A stretch of 64,000 nucleotides of DNA from a virus (IMGVR_UViG_3300049855_000474:1-64000); one strand, 5' to 3'; counted from the stretch's first letter, positions 10,328 through 19,465 are shown. Numbers and translations are program-made. Notes: generated by a model not told the origin, from the sequence alone.

Positions 10328-10528
10328 ATGGAGAACTTCCTAGAAGTTATTTGGCTTCTATCCATCCTAACTATGGTGTTTGTAGGAGTATCGCTACTCC
10401 TATTTCTATTCACACTAGTAGTAATACTGATATTCCCCGTCGTATTAATAGTTTTCACTGTGCAATATCTCTCAGTGATCTTTCGTGAATATAATAGAAA
10501 GGAAAACCAGGACAATGACAGTAAATAA
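10328..10528 (+). CDS. Small membrane protein
   Basis: 66 aa, long hydrophobic stretch. Confidence 0.55.
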   Translation: MENFLEVIWLLSILTMVFVGVSLLLFLFTLVVILIFPVVLIVFTVQYLSVIFREYNRKENQDNDSK

Positions 10529-10802
10529 ACTAGTATTACGAGATTTGGATATTTACGCTCTAAGGGCTTCGGAGAAAGATCCCGAGTCAATGGCTCGCTT
10601 TCATCAGGAATGTACTCCAGAACGAATCCTTGCTATCCTGGAGGAATTTAAGGAGATGAAGGAATGGTACGAGGGAGAAGAAGATCTCCGATCCCAAATT
10701 CAAGATCTTCGAGATGACCTTGAAACTGCGGAAGATAAGTGTGGTGATTACCATAGACAGGTTGAGGAGCTACAGGACGAAATAAAGGAGCTGCGAGGAT
10801 GA
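10515..10802 (+). CDS. Coiled-coil protein with Ead/Ea22-like motif
   Basis: FHQECTPERILAILEE resembles Ea22 FIAA.NP.TVLALLDE; acidic coiled coil; ATG after AGGA. Confidence 0.5.
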   Translation: MTVNKLVLRDLDIYALRASEKDPESMARFHQECTPERILAILEEFKEMKEWYEGEEDLRSQIQDLRDDLETAEDKCGDYHRQVEELQDEIKELRG

Positions 10803-11401
10803 CCCCAGATAAGACTCAAATTTCAGCTAAAGATATGAATGTGCTTATATCCCGTCAGGACCAGAAGGAATACTTTCCTTTGCTTGTATACCCAAACAAG
10901 GGTCTTCGAGTAGAAACCAAGGAAGTAACTGACTTCGGACCAGCTTTCCAAGCTATTATCGATAAGATGACTGCTACGATGTACAGGGCTCAAGGTGTTG
11001 GGTTGGCAGCTCCTCAGGTTGGTATTAATGCTAAAGTGTTCATTTTGGACTGCCCTGACGAAGGAAATAACGGACTTCAGGTGTTTGTTAATCCCGAGAT
11101 TATAACAGCCACTCTTTTCAGTAAAGCTATGGAAGGTTGCCTTTCCTTCCCCGGTGTAGTGGAACAAATTGATAGGGCTTCCAGTATTGTAGGTAAAGCA
11201 CAAGACCGATTTGGAAATCCTTTTACTTTCGCAAGCCTAGCAGAAGCTGATACAGACGTCATAAAGCTTTCCGAAGTGGAAGTGGTTGCTGTGCAACACG
11301 AGATTGAGCACCTGCAAGGTATTTTAATGATTGACAAAGTCAGTCATTTGAAGCAACGTTACATGAAGAAAACAGTACAAAAAGTATTGAAGAGCCTGTA
11401 A
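10799..11401 (+). CDS. def: Peptide deformylase
   Basis: Motifs GVGLAAPQVG, EGCLSFP, QHEIEHLQG. Confidence 0.93.
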   Translation: MTPDKTQISAKDMNVLISRQDQKEYFPLLVYPNKGLRVETKEVTDFGPAFQAIIDKMTATMYRAQGVGLAAPQVGINAKVFILDCPDEGNNGLQVFVNPEIITATLFSKAMEGCLSFPGVVEQIDRASSIVGKAQDRFGNPFTFASLAEADTDVIKLSEVEVVAVQHEIEHLQGILMIDKVSHLKQRYMKKTVQKVLKSL

Positions 11402-11413
11402 AGGAATAAAACT

Positions 11414-11824
11414 ATGTGGATGTCGGCTGAGAAGTCTAGTTATTTCGAAGCAAAGTACCCAGAGTTGTGCCCTATCGACCCAAAAGCTGAATTTCAGCAC
11501 TACGGTAGGATGGGGTGCGTTGGTATTGGGTGGTTTGATCGTTTGGATCAGATGTGCAAGGAGTTGTCGGAACTAGGCTTTTTCGTACAGCTGACCTGCG
11601 TCAAACAGAAGTTTGGTCGATTGCGAGTGCATTTTGACCACAACCGTGGAAATACAGAGCAGTACCAAGCTATCCAGGCTATTGTAAAGAGAGCTGAAGA
11701 AGACTGCAATTCGAGTTGTTCTATATGCAGCCTACAGCTGAGCGAGCAGCAGTTATCCCGCTGTTACGGGATTGGCTACCTTTGCGATAGTTGTAGACAA
11801 AAGCATCTTTCCGCATTAGTATAA
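11414..11824 (+). CDS. Conserved phage hypothetical protein with C-terminal Cys pairs
   Basis: GW....VKQKFGRLR....C..C....LCDSC pattern common in phage proteins. Confidence 0.6.
   Translation: MWMSAEKSSYFEAKYPELCPIDPKAEFQHYGRMGCVGIGWFDRLDQMCKELSELGFFVQLTCVKQKFGRLRVHFDHNRGNTEQYQAIQAIVKRAEEDCNSSCSICSLQLSEQQLSRCYGIGYLCDSCRQKHLSALV
11794..11822 (+). promoter_or_regulatory. Sigma-70-like promoter for the kinase cassette (likely leaderless)
   Basis: TAGACA-17 nt-TAGTAT (an overlapping TATAAT at 11820-11825); ATG at 11830 with no SD. Confidence 0.5.
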
Positions 11825-11829
11825 TCCCT

Positions 11830-12564
11830 ATGACAGCCACATTCTCAGATGAAGACTTGCAAGCAGTAGTACTGCAGCTAAAGAGGGCTAATTCGGAACT
11901 TGAGCGCTTCGCTTATGTAGCGTCACATGATTTGAAGGCTCCGCTTAGAGCCATTTCGAACTTAGCGTCTTGGATTAAGGAAGACAGTGACAATAAGTTT
12001 TCTAAGGAATCCGTTGAACATTTCAATATGATGCTCAATAGAGTTTCTAGAATGGAAAAATTGTTGGATGATATTCTAGCCTATGCTAAGGTAGGTAAGA
12101 GAGATAATACTTTCGAGTCGGTCAACCTTGTTGAAATGATTCAAAGCATATTTTATATGCTTCCAAATAAGCGTTTCACGGTCCTAACCGAATCTACAGT
12201 ACCTACTTTTTTTGCTGAAAGGTATCCTCTCGAGCAGGTGCTTCGAAATTTGATTAGTAACTCAATCAAGCACCATCACGCAGGAAAAGGAACTATTACA
12301 GTTAGTATAGAAGAACTACAAAAACATATACAGTTTACAGTTACGGACGATGGTCCTGGAATTCCTAAGGAAAATCAGGCAGAATGCTTCGAGATGTTTC
12401 GAACGCTGAAACCCCGAGATGAGGTTGAAGGGTCCGGAATGGGTCTTGCTTTAGTTAAAAAGATTGTAGAGAACCAAGGTGGGTCAATAGATATTCTACC
12501 CTCTAACAAGGGTTTGAGTATTCGTTTCTTGTGGCCTCGATTCGATCGGTACAGAGAAGAATGA
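11830..12564 (+). CDS. Histidine kinase (phytochrome/Cph1-type HisKA + HATPase) lacking any sensor domain
   Basis: H-box FAYVASHDLKAPL, N-box QVLRNLISNSIKH, G1 DDGPGI, F-box FEMF, G2 GSGMGLA. Confidence 0.93.
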   Translation: MTATFSDEDLQAVVLQLKRANSELERFAYVASHDLKAPLRAISNLASWIKEDSDNKFSKESVEHFNMMLNRVSRMEKLLDDILAYAKVGKRDNTFESVNLVEMIQSIFYMLPNKRFTVLTESTVPTFFAERYPLEQVLRNLISNSIKHHHAGKGTITVSIEELQKHIQFTVTDDGPGIPKENQAECFEMFRTLKPRDEVEGSGMGLALVKKIVENQGGSIDILPSNKGLSIRFLWPRFDRYREE

Positions 12565-12965
12565 GTATTACAATTTTAGTCATTGATGATGATAACGTGG
12601 ATGTGTTAGCCTTACGCAGGTCTTTCAAGAAGCACAAAGTTCTTCGTTATGCCGATCTACAAACGGCTAAAGATGGGCGGCATGCCTTGACTCTCCTTAC
12701 AGGGCAGTGCCCTATCAAACCAACGCTAGTTCTTCTAGACTTAAATATGCCTGGTATGAATGGACTACAATTCCTAGATAATGTCCGGTCTATCCCTTCC
12801 TTGCAATATCTCAGAATACTAGTGTTGACCACGTCTGCTGATGATACCGACATCAAAGCTGCAAACTCCAAATGTATTGTAGGATACGTTACAAAGTCTA
12901 AAGCTGGAAATTATACTGAATTAACCGATCTGCTAAATAATTACTGCAATCTCACGGAGAGTTAA
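12561..12965 (+). CDS. Single-domain response regulator (Rcp1-like)
   Basis: VIDDD, LLDLNMPGMNG, VLTTS, YVTK; ATGA overlap with kinase stop. Confidence 0.9.
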   Translation: MSITILVIDDDNVDVLALRRSFKKHKVLRYADLQTAKDGRHALTLLTGQCPIKPTLVLLDLNMPGMNGLQFLDNVRSIPSLQYLRILVLTTSADDTDIKAANSKCIVGYVTKSKAGNYTELTDLLNNYCNLTES

Positions 12966-12966
12966 G

Positions 12967-13899
12967 TTGCACAAACCCTGGAATATTTTCTTGCTGGAGG
13001 ATGATGAAGCGGATAAGCTGCTTGTGCAGGTAACGCTAAAGCATTCAGGGGTGCCGTTTACGTTGACCCACGCCAAAACTATGGACGAGGCTAGGAGTAT
13101 TTTAGATTCTAGTGGTGCTCTGTTTGACTGTGCTCTACTAGATAGGTCGGTTCCTGGGGGTTGTGGATTAGACTTAGTTAGCCATAATAAACTACAGTCA
13201 GTACCTTGTATCATGCTAACTGGAAATCAGGACGAGACAGTAGCCTTACAAGCACTACAGCGGGGTCTTGAAGATTATATTATGAAGGGTGACATCACCA
13301 GGCACACTCTGGTGCGAGCTATCCGGTACGCTATGGAACGTAATAGTATCAAATGCGCTTTATCTGAAGCGAAAAAGAAACTAGAAGAATTGGTGAAAAC
13401 AGATCACCTGACTGGTCTTTTGAATCGCCGGGGTTTGGAAGAACTGCTTCAACGGCTGCTACAACGAAACTCTAACTTTGAAGAGAATCACGGCGTAATA
13501 CTCATCGATATTGACAACTTCAAGGCTATCAATGATACCTTAGGGTATGATGCTGGAGATGAGGCACTACGATTTGTAGCTACCAAGCTCAGGCTGTGTT
13601 CCCGTCCTTTAGATCATGTAGCTCGTATTGGTGGTGACGAGTTTATCATACTCCTAACAAATGTTGAGATGGAACAATGCGCTGCTATCTCAGAACGAAT
13701 TCGGACTACTTTTGAGGAAACACTACTCAATATAAGGGGATCCGAACTGAACGTAACGGTGAGTATGGGGGTATCGGCATTAAACAATGCCTCTACAGTA
13801 GAGGAACTGTTCAAAGCAACCCAAGCCGCACTTCACTGTAGCAAAAAACAAGGTAAAAACGCTGTGTGTATGAATTCCACAATACCACCAAGCAGGTAG
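12967..13899 (+). CDS. REC-GGDEF diguanylate cyclase
   Basis: REC LLEDD..LLD..MLTG..YIMK; DHLTGLLNRR, DIDNFKAIND, I-site RPLD, RIGGDEF, SMGV, KKQGKN. Confidence 0.93.
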   Translation: MHKPWNIFLLEDDEADKLLVQVTLKHSGVPFTLTHAKTMDEARSILDSSGALFDCALLDRSVPGGCGLDLVSHNKLQSVPCIMLTGNQDETVALQALQRGLEDYIMKGDITRHTLVRAIRYAMERNSIKCALSEAKKKLEELVKTDHLTGLLNRRGLEELLQRLLQRNSNFEENHGVILIDIDNFKAINDTLGYDAGDEALRFVATKLRLCSRPLDHVARIGGDEFIILLTNVEMEQCAAISERIRTTFEETLLNIRGSELNVTVSMGVSALNNASTVEELFKATQAALHCSKKQGKNAVCMNSTIPPSR

Positions 13900-13902
13900 T
13901 TT

Positions 13903-14364
13903 ATGATTGGTCTATTGAAGAAGTTAGGGTCGGTAGCTTGGAATTCCGTAATAGCGGTAGTATCGAATAAAACAAAGTTCCCGGCTGTCAATGAGCGAGA
14001 TCTTCAGGACTTTGCCAGCTATGTGCAGAAAAACACGGCTACTAAAGCACACTACCAAGTTTCTGGAAAGTTTATGGAGTACGGCACCACGCCTAGACGA
14101 TTTCTTTTGACAGTTGAAGCAAACAACACTATACTAATGTCTTTCTTCTTATGTGGTGAGCCTACATTCTCAGCAGTGACTTTTGCGTTAGCAAGAGATT
14201 TCTTTGGAAAGGAACGCACATTTCTATCAAGCTCTTTTCTCTATAGAGAGGATAGTACTGTTTGTTTAAACTGGCATACGGATTTTCCTGTTGTATACTT
14301 AGAGTACATCAATAAGATTTTACGTAGCTCTCGCAGCGTAAAGAGTTCAACAGAACTCAACTAG
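13903..14364 (+). CDS. Hypothetical protein
   Basis: 153 aa ORF directly after the cyclase gene. Confidence 0.6.
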   Translation: MIGLLKKLGSVAWNSVIAVVSNKTKFPAVNERDLQDFASYVQKNTATKAHYQVSGKFMEYGTTPRRFLLTVEANNTILMSFFLCGEPTFSAVTFALARDFFGKERTFLSSSFLYREDSTVCLNWHTDFPVVYLEYINKILRSSRSVKSSTELN

Positions 14365-14385
14365 TGACGACTCAGGTTAGTAACA

Positions 14386-14886
14386 ATGAAACTGAAAGGT
14401 AATAAAATGAGCGACAGAGAAATTAGTGACCGAATTCTATTCCTGTACCTTCGGGATCCCAAGGATCCCAAGCACGTGGCGACTGTTGCCAGGTTCAAGC
14501 AGGGCAATGTCCTGACTTTTGCCTGGGCAATCAACAAGGTGACCACGCTTCAGAGTGGTCAGAAGTTTAGCAACTTTGAAGACTCCTACAAAAGCAAGAC
14601 GGTCCATGACGTGTTCAATAAGGCACGTGGGCGTACGATTGCTGAGGGTCGTCTGGGCTGCCACAAGTCGTCTATCACCATTGAGCTTTACGAGGATGAG
14701 CGTCCGCTTAAAGCTATGCTGGAAACTCTCGCTGGGAACTCCGAGGTAGATGGTGTGGTTATCCCTTCCTTCCTGTCACGCTGGGCTCGCGATAACTTGC
14801 TCGGCATCTACGCGGAGGAGGCAAGGCAGCTCATTGCTGCTCAGATTGAAATAGAAAAGTCTCAAGTCTCTGACGTTAGCCTTTGA
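14386..14886 (+). CDS. Hypothetical protein
   Basis: 166 aa ORF (start may be 14407). Confidence 0.7.
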   Translation: MKLKGNKMSDREISDRILFLYLRDPKDPKHVATVARFKQGNVLTFAWAINKVTTLQSGQKFSNFEDSYKSKTVHDVFNKARGRTIAEGRLGCHKSSITIELYEDERPLKAMLETLAGNSEVDGVVIPSFLSRWARDNLLGIYAEEARQLIAAQIEIEKSQVSDVSL

Positions 14887-15449
14887 TGCGAATTTTAGTA
14901 GATGTGGACGATACCTTGGCGGAGTTTACTCCGCACTGGCTAGATCTTATTTCCGATATTCTCGGAAAGAAGCATGTTCCAGAAGATTTCGACACATGGC
15001 TTATCGACGCACTCTACCCGGAAGATATTAGAGAAGCAATTTGGGAGAGGGTTGATACCTCTCCAGGATTTATTCGTAACTTACCTATGGTAAATGGTGC
15101 TACCGAAGCACTGCACGAACTACGACAAGTAGGTAGAGTAATAGCCCTTACAGCACCACACATTGGACCCTACTGGTTCTACGAACGTGCTATGTGGCTC
15201 AAAGATCGGGGCTTCAAGCGTTCTACAATGGGCTTTGTAGCTGCCAAGGAAATTGTCAAAGCAGATGTGTTCATTGATGACAATCCTGAACACATCAATA
15301 ACTGGAAAGCTGAACACCCACAAGGGCTAGCTCTCCTTTTCGACCGTCCCAATACTCGAAAAGCCGAAACAGCAGGAGTCCGAGTATATAACTGGGATGA
15401 AGCTATTAACGCTGTCTTGAGCTATCAGTGCGATTTGGTAAAGAAGTGA
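14886..15449 (+). CDS. HAD-family 5'(3')-deoxyribonucleotidase (NT5C-like)
   Basis: ILVDVDDTL, LTAP, FIDDNP, RVYNW; TGATG overlap. Confidence 0.85.
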   Translation: MRILVDVDDTLAEFTPHWLDLISDILGKKHVPEDFDTWLIDALYPEDIREAIWERVDTSPGFIRNLPMVNGATEALHELRQVGRVIALTAPHIGPYWFYERAMWLKDRGFKRSTMGFVAAKEIVKADVFIDDNPEHINNWKAEHPQGLALLFDRPNTRKAETAGVRVYNWDEAINAVLSYQCDLVKK

Positions 15450-15450
15450 A

Positions 15451-15478
15451 TTGACAAAATAGCATCCCTTGGTATAAT
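15451..15478 (+). promoter_or_regulatory. Consensus sigma-70 promoter (extended -10)
   Basis: TTGACA-16 nt-TATAAT with TG upstream of the -10. Confidence 0.8.
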
Positions 15479-15484
15479 CAAGGA

Positions 15485-15847
15485 ATGAAATGTTTTAATC
15501 TACTCATCATAGCTCTGCTAACCGCCTGCCTACCTAAACCTTCTATCGATTATCCGACCCTAGATTCTAGGATTGGTAATCCGGTACTGGTTTATGTACC
15601 TCCACGTCATGTAATTCCCGCGCCTTCCCCAGAGCAATTCCAGCCTAGAGACCCTGTGTGGAATTTCACTACGCAAGCCTCCCCGCCTGCAAATAGTGTT
15701 TATGAGGAAGAGCTTCGACGGGCTAATGAGGAGCGGAAGCTACAACAATACCACATTGTCCGAACAGTTTGCTATCCAGCATCGTACGCCTGTAGACCCT
15801 ACGTGCGCTGTTACTACGATACCTACGGCATGTTGACCTGCTATTGA
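15485..15847 (+). CDS. Putative lipoprotein
   Basis: Signal MKCFNLLIIALLTA-C lipobox; Pro-rich; Cys-rich C-terminus. Confidence 0.65.
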   Translation: MKCFNLLIIALLTACLPKPSIDYPTLDSRIGNPVLVYVPPRHVIPAPSPEQFQPRDPVWNFTTQASPPANSVYEEELRRANEERKLQQYHIVRTVCYPASYACRPYVRCYYDTYGMLTCY

Positions 15848-15870
15848 TAGTGGATAGCTCATCATACTCA

Positions 15871-15899
15871 TTGACATTTCCTCCGCTGTGTAGCAAGAT
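15871..15899 (+). promoter_or_regulatory. Candidate sigma-70-like promoter
   Basis: TTGACA-17 nt-CAAGAT upstream of GAGG SD and ATG 15920. Confidence 0.45.
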
Positions 15900-15919
15900 C
15901 AATACTGAGGTAACAGCTA

Positions 15920-16123
15920 ATGCTAAATGATCGCCAACTATGCCTATTGTCCAATTCCGCAATTGAGTTCAAAACTCTTATTGAGAAAATTGTATCAAAA
16001 CAAGTTTCAAAGTTAGAGCTTATGGAAGCCCTATCAGAGTTTGAAGCGGTAACCAGTTGTATAAGAATGGAATTGGATCACGGCTTTGATATTATAGAAA
16101 TTGAAAGTCAAATTGCTAATTAA
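15920..16123 (+). CDS. Small hypothetical protein
   Basis: 67 aa, GAGG SD. Confidence 0.6.
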   Translation: MLNDRQLCLLSNSAIEFKTLIEKIVSKQVSKLELMEALSEFEAVTSCIRMELDHGFDIIEIESQIAN

Positions 16124-16196
16124 GCTTGCGCTTACAGAGAAGTATGCCAAGCTTTGATAGTACCAACCAAGGTACCACTAGCAATAAAGAATACCA

Positions 16197-16385
16197 ATGA
16201 AATTAAACAATAGGCAAGTGGCTACATTAGCCCACAGCATTATGATCGCAACAAATTTGACAGACCGTGCTTCTGAGGGCACGATTACCCGAGAAGAGTT
16301 TGTAAAGACCTTAAAGCATCTTGAGGCTACGTATCACGGACTCAATGAAGAGTTCCTAAGGTCAAAGCAGTATGACGCAGGATAA
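16197..16385 (+). CDS. Small hypothetical protein
   Basis: 62 aa ORF in gene run. Confidence 0.55.
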   Translation: MKLNNRQVATLAHSIMIATNLTDRASEGTITREEFVKTLKHLEATYHGLNEEFLRSKQYDAG

Positions 16386-16629
16386 GATCACAACCTGTTA
16401 TTATTCCCCTACAGGCAAATCCTACGAGGATGACAAGGGACGCTGCTCTTGTATCCCAGTCACCCCTGGTCTGGACGGAAAAGACAGGGAGTTCTGGCTA
16501 AAGCTCAATCAGATCTCCTTTAGGCTTAACGTTCTAAGTTCCCTAGAGAATATCGGAGAAATAAGTGAACTCGCCGAAGAACTTGCTGATATTCGGGACC
16601 AGCTGTTCCCTATAGAGCAAGAAGCGTAA
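16372..16629 (+). CDS. Hypothetical protein
   Basis: 85 aa, overlaps both neighbours. Confidence 0.6.
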   Translation: MTQDKITTCYYSPTGKSYEDDKGRCSCIPVTPGLDGKDREFWLKLNQISFRLNVLSSLENIGEISELAEELADIRDQLFPIEQEA

Positions 16630-17003
16630 TGCCGGCTAGCCACAAAGAAATACAGCAGACATGTAAAGTATGTGGAAGCAAACTTGTTCCTCTGTTCTAT
16701 ACAGTAGAGTGTAATAGGTGCGATAAACCTATCACAGGATGGTTTTACCGTGCCTATGTTCTCTGGACATTAGAGCCGGATGAGCTATGGTCTATACATG
16801 AGCATCCTATATTCAAATGGCGTTCAGACTGCGAAATATGGAAGGAGAAGCAATACAAGCCTTCTGGACTCGAAGTCAGACATGTCCTATCCTACGACAA
16901 GTTCTTCTGGACAGAACTTCCTGGTACTCTGCTAGAAGTCGCTGGGGTCTATCACAAAGTGCATACCACACACACAAATACAGTAACAGACACTTTGGGG
17001 TAA
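16629..17003 (+). CDS. Zinc-ribbon protein, possibly frameshifted at a (CA)5 tract (would extend to 17098)
   Basis: CKVC...LVPLF...CNRCD; CACACACACA at 16967-16976. Confidence 0.6.
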   Translation: MPASHKEIQQTCKVCGSKLVPLFYTVECNRCDKPITGWFYRAYVLWTLEPDELWSIHEHPIFKWRSDCEIWKEKQYKPSGLEVRHVLSYDKFFWTELPGTLLEVAGVYHKVHTTHTNTVTDTLG

Positions 17004-17090
17004 TGCTTCTTCCGAGATACACGATAATAGATACAAGTTCCGAACAGGTTTTTGTGGATGACCAATTGAGCGCTAAATTAGGATTAAGCC

Positions 17091-17645
17091 ATGGATAATA
17101 ACTGTACCGTATCCGATTCCCCAGTAAAAGTTAGTAAGGCAGTGTCCTACACCTTTCATTTTAAACCATATGGATGGGCAATTTACACAGTTAACGAAAC
17201 TACGGGGGAATTTCATATAACTAGTGATTGGGGAAGTTTTTCCCACCGTTGGGATCCCAAGAATCTAGGTGAGAAAACTTTTCAACAGTTTCTGATTAAG
17301 GCAGAACCTTCTTATATCTGTAGAAAGTTTGCTGCCGCAAATAAAGAGCTAAATGAAGTAGTAGACGAAGAAGAGACGCTAAAAGCTATTAAGACACGGA
17401 TTCTAGAAGATCGTAGAAGTCGATTTATACCTTCCAAGGAAGAAGCAGAGTTGCTTCTTAGTTTGGCTGAAGAGTGGGCTGATGCCGATTTCTCGGAAGC
17501 TGTAATACCTTCCGAATTTTTCGATTACTCTTATGAAGACTTTCTACATACTAAGGAATCTTACACAGCGAAAGTAGTTACTACGCTTCTACTCCCCGCT
17601 TTCCAGAGTTATTTAAAAGAAAGCAAAGTACCAAACCATGATTAA
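17091..17645 (+). CDS. Conserved phage hypothetical protein
   Basis: 184 aa ORF coupled to both neighbours. Confidence 0.65.
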   Translation: MDNNCTVSDSPVKVSKAVSYTFHFKPYGWAIYTVNETTGEFHITSDWGSFSHRWDPKNLGEKTFQQFLIKAEPSYICRKFAAANKELNEVVDEEETLKAIKTRILEDRRSRFIPSKEEAELLLSLAEEWADADFSEAVIPSEFFDYSYEDFLHTKESYTAKVVTTLLLPAFQSYLKESKVPNHD

Positions 17646-18831
17646 CCGAGCCCACAAAATCGAGTTAGACCCCACTGTTGCGCAGGCGATATACTTCGCT
17701 AAAGCGTGTGGGGTCGCTCGTTTTACTTACAACTGGGCTCTAGTGGAATGGAAGAAGCAATACCAGGAAGGTAGTAAGCATAAAGAGTTTGCTATCAATA
17801 AGCAACTAAACTCAATTAAATCAATTGAGTTTCCTTGGATGTATGAAGTAACTAAGCGGGCTCCACAACAGGCAGTTAAGAACTTAGGCTCAGCGTACAA
17901 GCGTTTCTTAAAGAAGCAAGGTAAATATCCTCGATTTAAGAAGAAGGGTGTTCATGATAGCTTCAGAGCCGATAACGGACCTGTAGATAAATATAGTCAT
18001 GCTGTCAAGATCATCGGAAAAGAAGTGATTTTACCTCGTGTAGGTAAAGTAAGAATGAAACAAACACTTAGATTTAACAACGGAAGGATAATTTCAGTTA
18101 CTGTTTCTAGGGAAGCGCATAAATGGTTTGCTAGTATTTTATTAGAGATCGAACACACTAAACCAATCCGTGAGAACCAAGCGGTGGTTGGGGTGGATCT
18201 TGGCATCAAAAGTCTAGCAGTCCTTAGTGACGGAACAGTATTTGAAAATCCAAAAGCATTAAGGAGCAACTTAAAGAAACTAAAACGACTTTCTCGGTCA
18301 CTGTCTAGAAAGCAGAAAGGTTCTGCTAACAGAAAGAAAGCTCGTATGAAATTAGCTCGATTACATTATCGGATAAGCTGTATTAGAAAAGACGCCCTCC
18401 ATAAGGTAACCACGTTCTTGACTAAGAAGTTCACTTTAATTGGGGTTGAGGATCTCAATGTTAGTGGGATGGTTAGGAATAGGAAACTCGCCAGAGCCCT
18501 TAGTGATGTTGGTTTTGGTGAGTTTAGAAGGCAGTTGACTTACAAATCAGAACTTTACAGCTCTAATTTGTTTGTGGCTGACAGATGGTTTCCTAGTTCA
18601 AAGACATGTTCTCAATGTGGACTTGTAAAAGAGACACTGGAGCTATCAGAACGATCCTGGTGTTGCCTTGCGTGTAATACGATACACGATCGAGATGTAA
18701 ATGCAGCTATTAATTTAAAGATGTTGGCGGAGAGTTCCTCCGTGTCAGTCTGTGGAGCGGATGTCAGCCTCGGTCTCGCGACCGAGCAGACCGTGATGAA
18801 GCAGGAACCAGGTAATACCTATGTTGACTAG
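17638..18831 (+). CDS. tnpB: RNA-guided endonuclease TnpB (IS607-like), solo, no tnpA in window
   Basis: HTH RAHKIELDPT..G.AR..YNWAL; RuvC D (VGVDLG), E (VEDLNV), D (HDRDVNAA); Zn finger CSQC..CLAC. Confidence 0.95.
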   Translation: MINRAHKIELDPTVAQAIYFAKACGVARFTYNWALVEWKKQYQEGSKHKEFAINKQLNSIKSIEFPWMYEVTKRAPQQAVKNLGSAYKRFLKKQGKYPRFKKKGVHDSFRADNGPVDKYSHAVKIIGKEVILPRVGKVRMKQTLRFNNGRIISVTVSREAHKWFASILLEIEHTKPIRENQAVVGVDLGIKSLAVLSDGTVFENPKALRSNLKKLKRLSRSLSRKQKGSANRKKARMKLARLHYRISCIRKDALHKVTTFLTKKFTLIGVEDLNVSGMVRNRKLARALSDVGFGEFRRQLTYKSELYSSNLFVADRWFPSSKTCSQCGLVKETLELSERSWCCLACNTIHDRDVNAAINLKMLAESSSVSVCGADVSLGLATEQTVMKQEPGNTYVD

Positions 18832-18886
18832 ATCAGTAGATCGTGTTAGTATGGGGGCTGGAGAACGTACTTCGGGATTTCGTTAA
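18700..18886 (+). ncRNA. Putative omega-RNA scaffold/right end of the tnpB element, plus guide (about 18867 onward); boundaries approximate
   Basis: GCGGAGAGTTCCTCCGT hairpin, CTGTGGAG, CTCGGTC..GACCGAG hairpin, GAAGCAGGAA and GGAGAACG, as in IS607-type tnpB 3' ends. Confidence 0.55.
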
Positions 18887-19000
18887 AGCTAACCAGGACA
18901 AGACGGATGAAGCTCCCTTCCAAAAGGGAGGTTGGGTGAATAGTTCAGGAGAAAATAGCATGGAAGCTGCCGTTTATTCTAAGTTGGATAATAGGTTCAA

Positions 19001-19465
19001 GTGAAACAATTGTTTCCACCGAAGAGTATTACGCTGGGTATCACAGGAAGTCGAGATATTCCCGAGGGTGGTCTGGAGATTATCAAGGCACAAATGGCTG
19101 CTTACGTGGCAAATCCCAGGATCACAAAAATCATATTCGGTGGGGCTAGGGGCGCAGATACAGAAGCACTACGAGCAGCACTCAACAGTCGAACCGAAGA
19201 GAAGCCAAAGCTAGTAGTGGTTGTCCCTATGACTGTAGACAGGCAACCACAAGAAACCCGCTACATTACTAGGCAGGCTGATGAAGTTGTGGAGCTGGGG
19301 TTAGAATATCACGACGGTGTGTATATTATTCGCGATCGTTGGATCGTTGAAAACAGTAACCAATTGGCGGCTTTCTGGAATGGGAAAGAAGGTTCAGGTA
19401 CTCACAAGACTATGAAGATAGCTGAAAAGTCTAAGAAGTCGGTGGAGACTTGGTATATAAAGTGA
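19001..19465 (+). CDS. SLOG-superfamily (DprA/YspA-like) nucleotide-binding protein
   Basis: GITGSRD, GGARGAD, RDRWIV, AFWNG..SGT. Confidence 0.75.
   Translation: MKQLFPPKSITLGITGSRDIPEGGLEIIKAQMAAYVANPRITKIIFGGARGADTEALRAALNSRTEEKPKLVVVVPMTVDRQPQETRYITRQADEVVELGLEYHDGVYIIRDRWIVENSNQLAAFWNGKEGSGTHKTMKIAEKSKKSVETWYIK

Noticed and set aside
13450-13570. Possibility that the GGDEF is a Hypr (cGAMP-making) enzyme
   Set aside because: The specificity position equivalent to PleD D344 is Asp (GYDAGD), not Ser/Thr
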